A DNA stretch of 64,000 nt from Asterias rubens (GCF_902459465.1 NC_047067.1:11966001-12030000), one strand, 5' to 3'. Shown: positions 12,701-24,200, counted from the first letter of the stretch. The notes: generated by a model not told the origin, from the sequence alone. Numbers and translations: made by a program.

Positions 12701-12796
12701 AGGAATGTGGCTGGCGACTGTCGGTGCATCCTCACTAGCTCCTGCAGTTGCTGCTGCTGGAGTTGACGTTGATGGATTCTCTCTTCCATCAGACAT
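753..12796 (-). CDS. LIG4: DNA ligase IV, 5' portion (17 coding exons; C-terminal part incl. BRCT domains lies left of the window)
   Basis: Exons with AG/GT boundaries and consistent phases: 12566-12796, 11789-11866, 10931-11029, 10393-10457, 8653-8803, 7956-8048, 6882-6986, 6057-6163, 5578-5658, 5378-5443, 5014-5060, 4396-4492, 3391-3450, 2422-2522, 1720-1811, 1217-1312, 753-863. Translation contains [24 protein letters not shown], adenylation motif [48 protein letters not shown] and VGSGYS. Confidence 0.97.
950..1152. mobile_element. MITE family C (TIR AGACRATGTGACC); second copy at 19351-19555
   Basis: Two highly similar ~200-bp copies with TIRs; the first is flanked by TTAA/ATAA. Confidence 0.8.
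1958..2399. mobile_element. Kolobok-like MITE family D
   Basis: TIR AGGG(A/T)TGCTGCAGTG with TTAA TSDs at 1954-1957 and 2400-2403. Confidence 0.85.
2870..3237. mobile_element. Kolobok-like MITE family B
   Basis: TIR AGGAACACGTTGCCTTGGATCGG with TTAA flanks; near-identical to 40929-41310. Confidence 0.85.
3659..3854. mobile_element. ATAGACC-terminated MITE, unclassified
   Basis: 22-bp TIR with 20/22 match; no obvious TSD. An element with the same termini is at 6564-6720. Confidence 0.75.
4142..4262. repeat. Foldback hairpin (MITE core)
   Basis: Arms of about 55 bp (GGTTTTCAACTA...GATAATTTACC and its reverse complement) around a short loop. Confidence 0.75.
7493..7780. mobile_element. Kolobok-like MITE family A, internally deleted
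   Basis: Same TIRs and internal sequence as other family A copies. Confidence 0.8.
8125..8562 (+). mobile_element. 5'-truncated RTE-clade LINE in LIG4 intron 5
   Basis: [12 protein letters not shown]...[12 protein letters not shown]...RGRP C-terminal signature, (TGAA)n tail, and 8-bp TSD AAATCATG at 8117-8124 and 8563-8570. Confidence 0.92.
8907..9295. mobile_element. Kolobok-like MITE family A, full length (~390 bp)
   Basis: TIRs at both ends and internal hairpin GAGACCTCA/TGAGGTCTC. Confidence 0.85.
9400..10230 (-). mobile_element. Two tandem tRNA-derived SINEs (family 1); the second is split by a LINE
   Basis: On the minus strand, A-box GGTGGTCTAGTTGG and B-box GGTTCRAAYCC followed by a shared non-tRNA body. 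Further copies at ~19590-19790, ~30170-30250 and ~60540-60670. Confidence 0.8.
9781..10178 (-). mobile_element. 5'-truncated CR1/L2-group LINE 3' end
   Basis: [21 protein letters not shown]...[18 protein letters not shown]-terminal signature with a (TCCAGA)n tail. Confidence 0.85.
11470..11790. repeat. ~100-118-bp minisatellite (3 units) in LIG4 intron 2, MITE-derived
   Basis: Three copies of CCTTGGTGCCCC...GATGGTGGAAGT...AAAATAAAAATGGCCTTGCCC; related to the MITE at 17877-18057. Confidence 0.85.
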
Positions 12797-13029
12797 AGTG
12801 GAACCTCCTGCTTCTAGTAACACTTTAAGGAACTGATGATTTGAGCAAGGATAATGATAAAAAAGAACTCATTTTCATTTTAAGTCTGTTTGTGTACCAA
12901 TGTTTTTTGTTTTTTTACAGCACCGGGTTTAAATGTTTACAAATCATTACATAATAAACCATTTTATATTTGATAAAAAACAGATTTTGGTTTTCTGTTA
13001 CATTGATTTTTTGGATTTAAACAACAAAG

Positions 13030-15710
13030 TTCCCTTGTGCCAAGGTGCTGAGTTTCGCGGTGTCAATCTTGTGGGTGTCAAATTTACAAGGTGCTGAGTT
13101 CGTGGTTGCTGAGTTTGAGAGATCACAAGGTGCCAAGTTTGCGAGGTGCTCAGTTTCCAATGTGCCGAATTTGGAATGTGGCATGTTTGCAAAGTGCCGA
13201 GTTTGCAAGGTGCTGTGCTGAGTTTGTGGATGTTGAGTTTACGAGTTTGCAAAGTGCAGAGTTTGTAAGTTTGTGAGGTGGCGAGTTTGTAAGTTTGCAA
13301 GGTGCTGAGTTGGCGAGGTTGTACGTGCTGAGTATGCAAGATGCTGAGTTTGCAAGATGCTGAGCGAATTCGTTGGTGTCCAGTTTGCGAGATTGCAAGG
13401 TGCTGAGTTTGAGCAAATGCAAGATGCTGAGTTTGCATTGCAAGGTGCCGAGTTTGCAAGGTTCCGAGTTTCCGAGTTTGCAAGGTGCCGAGTTTGCAAG
13501 GTGTCGAGTTAACACGATTGCAAGGTGTCGAGTTTACACAATTGCAAGGTGCCGAGTTTGTGAGTTTGCAAGGAGCAGAGAGCTTGCGAGATTGCAAGGT
13601 GCTGAGTTTGCAAGGTGCTGATTTTATGAGTTTACAAGGTGCCAAGTTAGTGAGTTTGCAAGGTGATGAGTTTGAAAGTTTGCACGGTGCCAAATTTGCG
13701 AGTTTGCGAAATTGCAAGGTGTTGATTATGCAAGTTTGCAATTAGTGCAGAATTTGCTAGTTTAACCCTTAGCACACTACGAGGCTGTACACACAGTATT
13801 CCCCTGGTGCTGAATTTCCTGTGTGGCGCTACTAAAATGCACATACATTTTTCCTCAAGACCTTTACTGTGAAGAAAGTGTTTTGGGCTAAATTGCAAAA
13901 TAAGTTTTATACTCAGTATTTTATTTCCCATCTAATGCAGTAAACATTATGTTTTTTTGATAAAGAATAACCGAGATACGCTTGTTTCATTAACACTATT
14001 CTATCACTGGCCGCCAAGCCTAGTTGCTGTCGATTTTTATTGGGGCCATCGTCCGATCCAGACCCATCGCTGCTGCCTTCCGACTCATTGTCGTGTTCAT
14101 GTACATCGTTATCGTTGACACATACACAGTACACGTACACAGTACACGTACAGCATTCTCAACACATCAGAATCTCTCGAAAAAAGCTCTTCAAAGTCTG
14201 ATTCTCCGAAGTCTGAGTCCTGAAAATTTTCCAGAAATGCTGCATGGACGTCCATTGTGTCCCCATTTTGTCTTAGCGTACAGCTTTTTGATCGGAAATT
14301 GTGAGAAAATTTGGGACAAAAGATCGTTTTTTTCAGATGAAATATCGTTGCATACATGTACATGTACAGCTAGATACATGCAGCTGGATGAGGGTCAGGG
14401 GTCAATAGTTTCCCAGAAATCCTCATCTATTTACTTGCAGTACTGCTGGGCGACTGGAGTCGCCGACAGCGCGCAGGGAATAAAAACGCTCGGCGACTGT
14501 GGTCGCCGATAGCGTTCAAAGGGTTAAAGGGGCTGAGCGAGGTGACGAGTTTGCAAGTTTGCATAATGCCAAACTTGCGTGACTGCAAGGTGCCGAGTTT
14601 GCGAAATTGCAAGGTGTTGATTATGCAAGTTTTCAATTAGTGCAGAGTTTGCTAGTTTAAAGGGGTTGAGTTTGTGAGATTGCAAGGTGCTGAGTTTGCA
14701 AGGTGCTGCAAGGTGATTGTTTGCGAGGTGACGAGTTTGCAAGTTTGCATAATGCCAAACTTGCGTGACTGCAAGGTGTTGAGTTTGTTTTTTGCAAGTT
14801 TGCAAGTGCCGAGTTTGCTAAGCTAGTTTGCAAAGTGCCGAGTTTGCGAGATTGCAAGGTGCTGAGTTTGCGAGGTTGTACGTGCTGAGTATGCAAGATG
14901 CTGAGTTTGCAAGATGCTGAGCGAATTCGTTGGTGTCCAGTTTGCGAGATTGCAAGGTGCTGAGTTTGAGAGAATGCAAGATGCTGAGTTTGCAAGGTGC
15001 TGAGTTTGCAAGGTGCCAAGTTTGCAAGGTGCCGAGTTTGCAAGGTGCCGAATTTGCATGGTGTCGAGTTTACACGATTGCAAGGTGTCGAGTTTACACA
15101 ATTGCAAGGTGCCGAGTTTGTGAGGTGCCGAGTTTGCAAGGTGCTGATTTTATGAGTTTACAAGGTGCCAAGTTAGTGAGTTTGCAAGGTGATGAGTCCC
15201 GAAAGTTTGCACGTGCCAAATTTGCGAGTTTGCAAGGTGCCGAGTTTGCGAAATTGCAAGGTGTTGAATTATGCAAGTTTTCAATTAGTGCAGAGTTTGC
15301 TAGTTTAAAGGGGTTGAGTTTGCGAGATTGCAAGGTGCTGAGTTTGCAAGGTGCTGCAAGGTGATTGTTTGCGAGGTGACGAGTTTGCAAGTTTGCATAA
15401 TGCCAAGTTTGCGAGACTGCAAGGTGTTGAGTTTGTTTTTTGCAAGTTTGCAAGTGCCGCGTTTGCTAAGCTAGTTTGCAAAGTGCCGAGTTTGCGAGAT
15501 TGCAAGGTGCTGAGTTTTCAAGGTTCTGAGGTTTTGAGGTGCCAAGCGAGTTCGTGGGTGCCAAGTTTCCAATGTGCCGAGTTCGTGGGTTCCGAGTTTG
15601 TGACTTTGTAAGTTGCCGAGCGAGTTTGTGGGTACAGTGTGTCGAGTTTTCATGGTGGTGCCGAATCAACGTGGGTACCGAGTTTGGAAGGTGCCGAGTT
15701 TGGGTGCCAA
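13030..15710. repeat. Degenerate ~16-bp satellite (GAGTTTGCAAGGTGCC-like) with larger internal block duplications
   Basis: Well over a hundred GAGTTTGC/AAGGTGCY units. Blocks such as 13300-13430 recur at 14860-14990, and 14655-14760 recurs at 15303-15410. Confidence 0.95.
13766..14523 (-). mobile_element. Internally deleted (non-autonomous) piggyBac element, 758 bp
   Basis: TTAA TSDs at 13762-13765 and 14524-14527; CCCTT...AAAGGG termini (11/15 imperfect TIR); palindromic subterminal GGCGAC-N4-GTCGCC twice; acidic transposase-like N-terminal relic (FQDSDFGESDFEE, DNESEGSSDGSGSDD). Confidence 0.9.
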
Positions 15711-15978
15711 TGTCAGGAAGTGGCCAGTTAACACCCCACGCGTGTATTGAATTCGTACCGGCCTCATGCCATCGAATCCAATCCATGGCCCCATCAATCA
15801 AACATCCCATGCACAAAAAAGGGACTGGATGGAATCTGGATGACGCCGACAAATAACAAATATAAACCTACAACATTACGACATCATCTGGTTATTAAAT
15901 ATTAAACTGAATATACTTCCAAATCATTCCATAGAAATAGCTACAAAAGAACAGTAAAATAACAGTAAAAAAACATAC

Positions 15979-16110
15979 CACACGGAGGCTGAGCTGAAAC
16001 TGGAAGGAAATAATGAGACTGAAGAGCAGACGAAAATGGACAAAAATAAACACGTCCTGCTGTAGGTCTGAAACCTGGTATCCACATGAATCACACCACT
16101 TGAAAATCGG
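15979..16110 (-). other. LIG4: Putative non-coding first exon of LIG4
   Basis: An acceptor (pyrimidine tract + CAG at ~12833) lies just upstream of the ATG, implying an upstream exon. Donor GTG|GTATGT at 15973-15978. TSS is not determinable. Confidence 0.45.
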
Positions 16111-16269
16111 CGGAGCTTGCAAAACAGGAAACAGGGACCAGTCTATACACATTATTGGCTCTACTCGTCGTACACTACAGTGGGTTTCCGTACAGTAAAC
16201 TACACACACACGTGAGGAACTCTCGATTGACGATAATGCTTAAAGTTAGTTGTTATTCATAAATTTAAA
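16100..16269. promoter_or_regulatory. Putative bidirectional promoter between LIG4 and MALSU1
   Basis: Divergent gene arrangement; E-box CACGTG at 16209-16214, CCAAT on the minus strand near 16155, GGAA motifs, locally raised CpG. Confidence 0.45.
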
Positions 16270-19253
16270 ATGAATTTTCTCCAGTTGATCAACTGCTCGA
16301 AGACTTTAGGACTTCACACGAAACCAGTGACCCTTTGTAGCATCATCATCAATCGTCCAGCTGTTGAACAACGTAGGGAATTTTGGCCTACCAAAAAAGC
16401 ATCAACTTCACACTGTTCGCAGTGTACTCGCCACCATAGCGCTAGTGCATGGACATCACACTCCTCAAAAACCCTTTGCACAACATCTTGCTCTTCATCA
16501 ACAAGAACAACTTGGAGGACTAATTACATCACAAGTAGTGTCACTGGCAGTAGGCCTAATTATGCCACATTTGTACACGAGGTTGAAACAGGTTTATCCC
16601 AAAGAAACTTTACTTTCTCATCATGTGAAAAAGTTGTTCAAAAAAAGTGGCGAGAATTTTCATCAGATGCAACAAGTTTTGATGGTGTAGAAAATATTGA
16701 GGAAAGTGACTGGACACACCCAACAACTCGAACTGAAAGTGTTGTCAGCCAAGACCCAGAGTTACACTCACTTCTCTGTGAGATGGCAGCTGACTTTGGA
16801 AAGTCTGATCATGGAGAAGGGGCTTCAGAAGGGGTGGTCATCACAGATTCTGAATCATCATTTGGTTCGTCTAGCTCTGTCTTGAAGAATGACATCTGCG
16901 CACAAGAGGAAAGTGAGAGAGAAGGCTCTGGTGCCATGGTGCCAGTGGAAGAGGATGGACTACAGAAGGAGGCGGGAGTTTTGAACGTCACAAATATAGC
17001 TGCTGGTACTTGTCATATCTTATGTTTTTTTATTTTTTTAAACCGTTCAACTTTGGGATAAACAAGACTTAGACCACACATACAAAGGACTCGGTAGCTC
17101 AATTTGTTTTTCAGACCAGAAACAATATTTCAACTTGAGACCAGAATCTAAAGGATTCTTTAATTAATAACTTTAATTAATAATTAACAATCAAACCTTT
17201 TTAATTTGTAGTAAGCACTGCACCAAAGAGAAGAATAATCTCATAAATGTATTATCAATTGAAAAAAACAATTAGGAGTACTGGCCAAAGGCTACAGTAA
17301 AATCACTGGCCTCACGTCTGCGGTCCAGTGTAAAATTTGAACCCTAATTTGAGGGCTGAATATCAATCAAACAAAGTTCAAACTTCAATGATTTAATATT
17401 TTCTGACCTTAATTAATAATTTCTTCCAGAACCTCTCTGTTTGTAAAGGAAACTGGTATACATAGAGAGCATCAACCAAATAAATAAAAATTGTGAAGAC
17501 TTTTTGATCAACTGATTTTTTTCCTTACTTTTTTTTTCCAGAGGAATCTGTGTTCGTCTTCGACATTGATGAACTTGTGCAAATACTTCGAGAAGAGAAT
17601 GCACAGGACATATGCGTCATCAAAGTGCCTCCAGAGAAAAACTACGTTGATTATTTTGTTGTGGTGACGGGTAGATCTTCCAGACACCTCATGGCTATGA
17701 CCCAGTTCATCAATAAACTGGTACGGCAAGTTTTGCCTCATCCATTTTTATCTACCACAAAAGATCTGTGAAACAAATTGTCCTCAAGCTTACGTGTAGG
17801 CCTATGGTTTTAAAATCTGCGGCACTTTGTATCTCTCTAAGTCATATAGGATGGACACACAAAACCCTAGGGCTGTCAGGCGTACTACTCCACAGAGGCA
17901 ACAAAGGTGATTGCCTCTATGCCCCCTGGTCAATGCCTTCGTGCCCTTGAAATGCTCCAGTAGCAATTTACAATTTCCTCATAGCCATAGGGTGCCCTAG
18001 CAAGGAGAAAATGCCTTGGTGCCCTTGCCCTTTCAAAAATGAAGCCGTACAGGCCTGGGCTTTATCTTTGTGTGAAAGTTCACAAGACCGCAGTATCTCG
18101 GATACTGAACTGGTACAAGATTTTTTTATTATTTGAACACCATTTTTAGAGAGAAAAGATTTTGAATTGAAAAAACCCAAGACTACCAGACAAGTCTTGT
18201 CTTGAGTTTACTGGTCGGACACGGAAATCACTGGTCTTGGGCTGGTGGTCCACTGTGTAAAAGTCGAACCCCGAAATGACTGACTGCAAAAAAGGAACCT
18301 CCTGCTGAATCACTTAAAAAATAAAATGGACTTTTAAGAAACTTTAAAATAAATGTTGATCTTAATTTCTGTATTCTTGTCTTTTCTTGTCACAGTACAA
18401 ACGGCGGAAGCAGAGCAGTGATCCATTTCTTATCACAGAGGGAAAGCTAAGTGATGATTGGATGTGTCTTGACTTTGGTAAGGAGAGGGATGCTTTATTT
18501 CTTTATACATTTCTTCAGTCTTTGTCAAAGCATTTTTTCATTTCGCAAAAAAGAATTTTTGTTTGTGTATTTTACTCTACACAGAGATCTCCAGAGTTTT
18601 CAACTCACTCAAGTGCTGTTTAGACTACTAAATTGAACATATAGCTGTCAATCAGAAAATACTGCTTAGCAAATTTATGCTAAGCAAGAAATGGATGGGG
18701 TAGTACTAAAAACAACAGTCATGACCATACTAAAGATTGCAATCCCTGGTTTGGAAAAACCTGAACCCTAATTGGAACAATTTTCTCCCGATGAGGGTAG
18801 TTTTTGGTCATCAAGCAGGATACCGTATGATTTGGTAGCAACACCACTAAATGATTAAAATTGCTAAGAGCTGGGATGGGGCTAACTTCATAAAGCTGTT
18901 AAGTAGAAAATCCTGCTTAGAAAAGATCTATGCTAAGCAAAATATGGGTGGGGCACCAGACAACACAACACTAACAAATAATACATGTGTAGATTTTTTG
19001 GACAGTGTAAACTTTTTGCTGGTAATCAATTTGTGTTTGCCAATTTTGTTATGTTTTACTTTCAGGCAACATTGTGGTCCACTTCATGATGGAAGAAACA
19101 AGATTGACCTATGACCTAGAGCAGCTGTGGACCCTTGGGAGTGAGTTTGACGACCATATGCAGCAGTGGGAGCAACATGAGATGCTGATGTTCAACCCTC
19201 AAACCGATCTTCAGATGCAGGAACCAGATGATGGGGGATCGACCCAAGCATGA
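16270..19253 (+). CDS. MALSU1: Mitochondrial assembly of ribosomal large subunit protein 1 (RsfS/Iojap domain), ~394 aa
   Basis: Exons 16270-17005, 17542-17720, 18396-18477, 19066-19253, all phase-compatible. RsfS motifs ELVQILREENAQDICVIKV, YVDYFVVVTGRSSRHL, DDWMCLDFGNIVVHFM, YDLEQLW. Start codon is less certain. Confidence 0.93.
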
Positions 19254-19891
19254 GCTTGAACATGCTTTTTTAAACAAGGCCCTCCGACATAAAAACAACC
19301 AAATGAACCTAAAATTAATAATGAACCCAAAACATTTATGGATATACAATAGACGATGTGACCTCTGACGTCACTCGAAAACCATAACACAATTCGCACG
19401 CATACCGCCGGGCAAAACCTTTGTGTTTTGGCAGCCAGCAAGAAAGTGTTTGCAATCTTACCATGACTATGCGTATTTTTGCCCGGCGAAACATGAAGTA
19501 TACATTGTTGTCAACAGGGGGCGGTTTGAATGTAAACACACAGGTCACATTGTCTGTACTTTTTTGGGGGTTTTACCCTTACATTGATGTGTGTCAGCAC
19601 TGTCTACCCTTTAATTCCCCAAGTTCTGTGAAAACAATTACAGGCATATTACGTGGGTGGGATTCGAACCCTCTACAATTCTAGAGCAGTGTCTACCAAC
19701 TAGGCCACCGAGATTGCCTGGTAGCAAGAGGCAGTTCGAATCTTTGTATCCCCAATGCAAGTTTAACACCTATTAGATTTATACATGCATTTGAACTTTT
19801 CTGTCCTACTGATCAACTGAGTGTGGGTTTGAGTCCCAGTCATGACGCTTAAGCTGTAGGTCCCATGCGCTAGGGTTGGTAGCAGTACAAG

Positions 19892-20280
19892 TTAAAGGCA
19901 GTGGACACCATTGGTATTTTTCAAAGACCAGTCTTCTCTCTTGGTGTATCTCAACATATGCACAATTGAATATAACAAACCTGTGAAAATTTGAGCTCAA
20001 TTGGTCATCGAAGTTGCAAGATAATAATGAAAGAAAAAAACACCCTTGTCACACGAAGATGTACATGTGTGCTTTCCGATGCTTGATTTTGTGACTTCAA
20101 ATTCTAAATCTGAGGTCTTAAGGTCAAATTTGTGGAAATTTTCTTTTTTTCTCGAAAACTATGTTACTTCATCAGAGGGAGCCATTTCTCACAGTGTTTT
20201 ATCAACAGCTCCCCATCACTCATTTCCAATTAAGGTTTTATGAGCTTTGAGTAATTACCAATAGTGTCCACTGCCTTTAA
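19892..20280. mobile_element. Kolobok-like MITE family A, full length
   Basis: TTAA-AGGCAGTGGACAC...GTGTCCACTGCCT-TTAA. Confidence 0.88.
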
Positions 20281-21232
20281 GTTCACTATAGAGGCATTCT
20301 TGGTTCCATTACCAGAAAGAATTAACTTTTGTAAGTAATGTCTAATAAGTTGAAAAGCCCTCGCAGTGTGCAATTTGCATGCTGATAATAATTGTTGCCC
20401 TTATTTGTACAAAATTATGTTCCAGTTCCATCAATTAACTCGACTAGGAAAAGCAATTGGCATCCAAATTATTTGACCCAAGGTTGGAATTTTAAAGCAA
20501 TTGTTTCATGTTTTTGGGTTTGATTGTTTGTTTTATCTTTGCTTTGTTGAATTTTTTTTCCCTCACTGTGAGTAATCTAATGAGACAATAAATAAGATAA
20601 CAACAAAGGAAAACAGTTTTCTCTTTAGAAAGTTTGAGGTGGCACTACATGCTCTGAAGGGCACATGGCACAAATCAGGATGTTTGTAATAAAATGAATA
20701 AGTATTTTACATCTTGCAAAAGTGTGTGGTTTTATTTCTGTTGACCATTTTTTTGCCAACTTAGTGACCCTCCCCTGGCTATTTAAAAAAAATGAGATAC
20801 AAGAAAGCTACAAGCTTTCACATAATGTATTGCACATGGAAAATGCACCAATTACAGTATTGGCAGTTAAAACAATTAGAAAAATATAAAGTGGCAGGAT
20901 CCCAACAAGGGCGGCATGTGGGGGAGGGCCGGTGGAAACACATAATCATTTGGTGAGTAGTATTTAACGGCATATGCGAATGTCAAAAGTTTGCTCTGAA
21001 AATCTTAGAAAATCGTTCAATGCACAAAGTGTAGGATTCTGCCCCCCCCCCCCCCGATAGCAATCTCCCCGCCCCCAAAGCGCGGAAATTTATATAGTCT
21101 GGTGCCTGTTTCTTTAAACACTGAGATTAGGAGAAATAAAGAGGGCTACCATTCTAGACACGAGCAGCTTTAGCTGGTACCTTGTCAGCACAAGTATTGC
21201 GTTGTTTTCATTGATAGGGACCAGCGGTGATA

Positions 21233-21260
21233 TTCTTTCTCTTTCTTTCACACGGTCAAA
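21233..21260 (+). promoter_or_regulatory. RPS26: TCT initiator / 5'TOP pyrimidine tract of RPS26
   Basis: TTCTTTCTCTTTCTTTC lies ~11 nt before ATG|GTAGGA, the typical ribosomal-protein gene start. Confidence 0.85.
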
Positions 21261-24200
21261 ATGGTAGGAGCTCTAATTTTAAGTGCGATGTAAAGTCCGC
21301 CTTTCTCAGTCTTACTGGACAGAAATGATTCAAATAAGACAGTATATAATTGTTTGATGTTTTCAATTGCATTCGGTTTGGTACTCATTTTGTTTTAAGT
21401 TTGTAATACTCCACTTTTTACTGCTCAAAATAAGCAATGAGAATATCGATGGGTTTGCCTCGCATTTCACGTGGGGACGTTTACAGCGCACGACGAATGG
21501 ATACTACGCGTTTTTCCGACACCAAATTTGAGGGCGCTACAGCCACATTTTATATTGCGTATTTTTAACAGTTTACGACACAGGAAAAATTACCAAGTTT
21601 CCGTATCCTGCCACCACTTTTTCATTCTATATGAAATAAATAGTATCCAATTAATTAACTCAAAAATTGTATTTTGTTGTTGTAAAAATGAGTGAAAAAG
21701 TGGCGGCATAAAAGGATTGATTTGAAGAAAAGTTTTTCTTCTTGACAGTGACACCTCCCCTTTTTTTGGTTTAAAAATTATTGTTATTTTTTGTTTAATT
21801 ATGATGCTAAATGTTAAGGTAATTTTGTACATGGTGGTTCGATGGCTGATTATATATTATTATTCAATAGTTGAGTTGGAAAAGTTTCCGCATGGCGCCA
21901 CCACTTTTTCATTCGAAATGAAATAAAATAGTATCTCATTAACCTCAATGAGATATCCCTTTTTGTAAAAATGTGTGAAAAAGTGGTGGCGCCATATGGA
22001 AAGTTACCCGTTGAGTTGAGTCCTTTGAGAGGTACTTAGTTGGGCCCTTACTCTATGGTTGGGCCTAACTTAGTTGTTTTTTAATTTAAGTTTATATTTA
22101 TATTTATTATTAAATTATTACCTTGGTATCCATATTTTTGAAAAACCTCGGTTGAAAGTCGGATTTTAGGAAAAAGTTGTGCCTTGTGGCCTTGAACTTT
22201 ATCAGTGTAAATTTTAATCTTTCTGTCTGCTTTTTCTTCTAATATTTGAAGTTTTTTTTCCAGCACTAAGTCGATGAGAATACAGAAAACTCAAAATAAG
22301 CTACAACAATTATTAAACATGTAATTAATAATGACAATGTTGAACAAGAGCTACACCCAACTTACTTTTGAGTGCACTTATATTTGAACATTTTGTATTA
22401 ATAGACTACAAAGCGAAGGAACAACGGACGCAACAAGAAAGGACGTGGCCACGTCCGGCCTGTGCGCTGCACAAACTGTGCCCGTTGTGTGCCCAAGGAC
22501 AAGGCCATCAAGAAGTTTGTCATCAGAAACATCGTCGAGGCTGCTGCAGTCAGAGATATCCAGGATGCTAGTGTTTATGACGGTAATGCAACGGGACGAA
22601 CTTATTATCTATCTATCCATCACTTAGGGAACTTCATTCGAATCGTAAACGAATTCTTTTTGATGCGATGCGGATATCCGTTTTTATCGGAGTATAATAA
22701 ATCCAGATCCAGAGATTACTCTTCTTGTTTTTAAAATGCTTGAATAAACTACTCCTTGATATATTTCCACTTCTGTCAAAACCTTTATTTGTTATTTACT
22801 TAATTGTGTATACAGTGTACGCTCTGCCCAAGCTGTATGCAAAACTTCACTACTGTGTGAGCTGTGCCATTCACTCCAAGGTAGTACGTAATAGATCCAA
22901 GGAGGCACGTAAGGACCGTACACCCCCACCACGCTTCCGCCCAGGAATGGTAAGCATTGATGTTCATAAAAGTGATTGCACAGGACGTGCACTTTTCCAT
23001 TGTTTATCATCCAATTTGGGGCGATTGATGACTCAATGTACAATCTATCTCTTATTATCCCAGTCATGACACTTGTGTCCTTGAGCAAGGCATTTAGCCA
23101 AAACTTGGTAAAATGTTGGAAAGGGAGTTCTGCTGTACCAACAAGGCTCCTAAAGTGGATGATACCAGTGTCTTGAAGGGGGTGTAACCCTGTTTAAGCC
23201 TGTGGAGTAGGTGACAACGTGTGACAATTGATTTGGGTGGATAGCTAAAATCAGTTCAGAGAACCCCTCACATTGAAGTGTCTGTTCGGGTTTATGAGTT
23301 GGACAAAATATCATTAAAAACAAATTATTAAAAATATCTTCAATGAAAGGTCCTGTGCAGAAAAGTTGAAAACAAATTCAAAGTCCATTCTAGAGTTAAA
23401 TTATTCATCTTAAAAGATGTAATAAAAGAGGCTTGTAAAAATAATTGTCTGCATAAAAGCCATTCACGGCCTATTTTCATAGAGCTGCTAAGCACGAAAA
23501 TTTGCTTAGCATGAAATTTCTTCTTTGATAAAAACAGGATTACCAACCAAATTTCCATTTGTTGCATATTGTTTGGTACTGGTATTCAGATGATGTTTGC
23601 TTATCCTGAAAATCAAGTGGAAATTTGGCTGGTAATCCTGTTTTTATCAAGGCAAAGCAAATTTTTGTGCTTAGCAGCTCTATGATATTGGGCCCAGGAG
23701 TGGTTGATTCTCATGTGACTACTTCGGTAGAATTCTTTTATAAAATAATTTGGAGTGGAACCTTCAAAAATCAACAACTTAAATACTCGACCCAAAATGT
23801 ATTACTTGGTAATTGATAGAAAAGGTGCATCTCCTGAGGTGCCCCTCTGCTGCCACTTGCAAGATTGTGTTGTTAATTTGGGTGTTATCCCTGGCTACAC
23901 TGCATTAACACAGGTTGACCGGTGGTGGACTGGCATCCCCGAATGAAGACAAAATAGGGAGACCACCAACATATAGCTCAGTAACTGTTGGGGTAGGGCT
24001 TCGACAATGTGATCCGGAGTCCCCAAAATTCAAGTCCAGTTAAGCCTGGTTCTTACTTACTTCGAATGCGAATGTGATACAAATTTTGACCTCGCAAATT
24101 TGCAACAAATAATTCACAACATTTGAGCTGTGTTCAGCCCCTGCGAAACATTCACTGCGAAAATGGCCATGTAACATCAAAATTTGCTCACATTTGCAGG

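Noticed and set aside
12998-15852. Many long overlapping ORFs (up to 247 aa; LANSAPCK, LQGAEF repeats)
   Set aside because: They are translations of a stop-poor satellite on both strands, with no splice or codon evidence for a protein.
21799-21853. Possible C/D snoRNA (ATGATGC...CTGA) in RPS26 intron 1
   Set aside because: Non-canonical C box, too short, weak terminal stem and no recognisable rRNA complement.
23880-24010. Apparent H/ACA snoRNA in RPS26 intron 3 (two hairpins, ANANNA, terminal ACA)
   Set aside because: The H box is misplaced and the pocket geometry does not leave a target U. The second hairpin aligns with the degenerate tRNA-SINE head also seen at 62455-62545.
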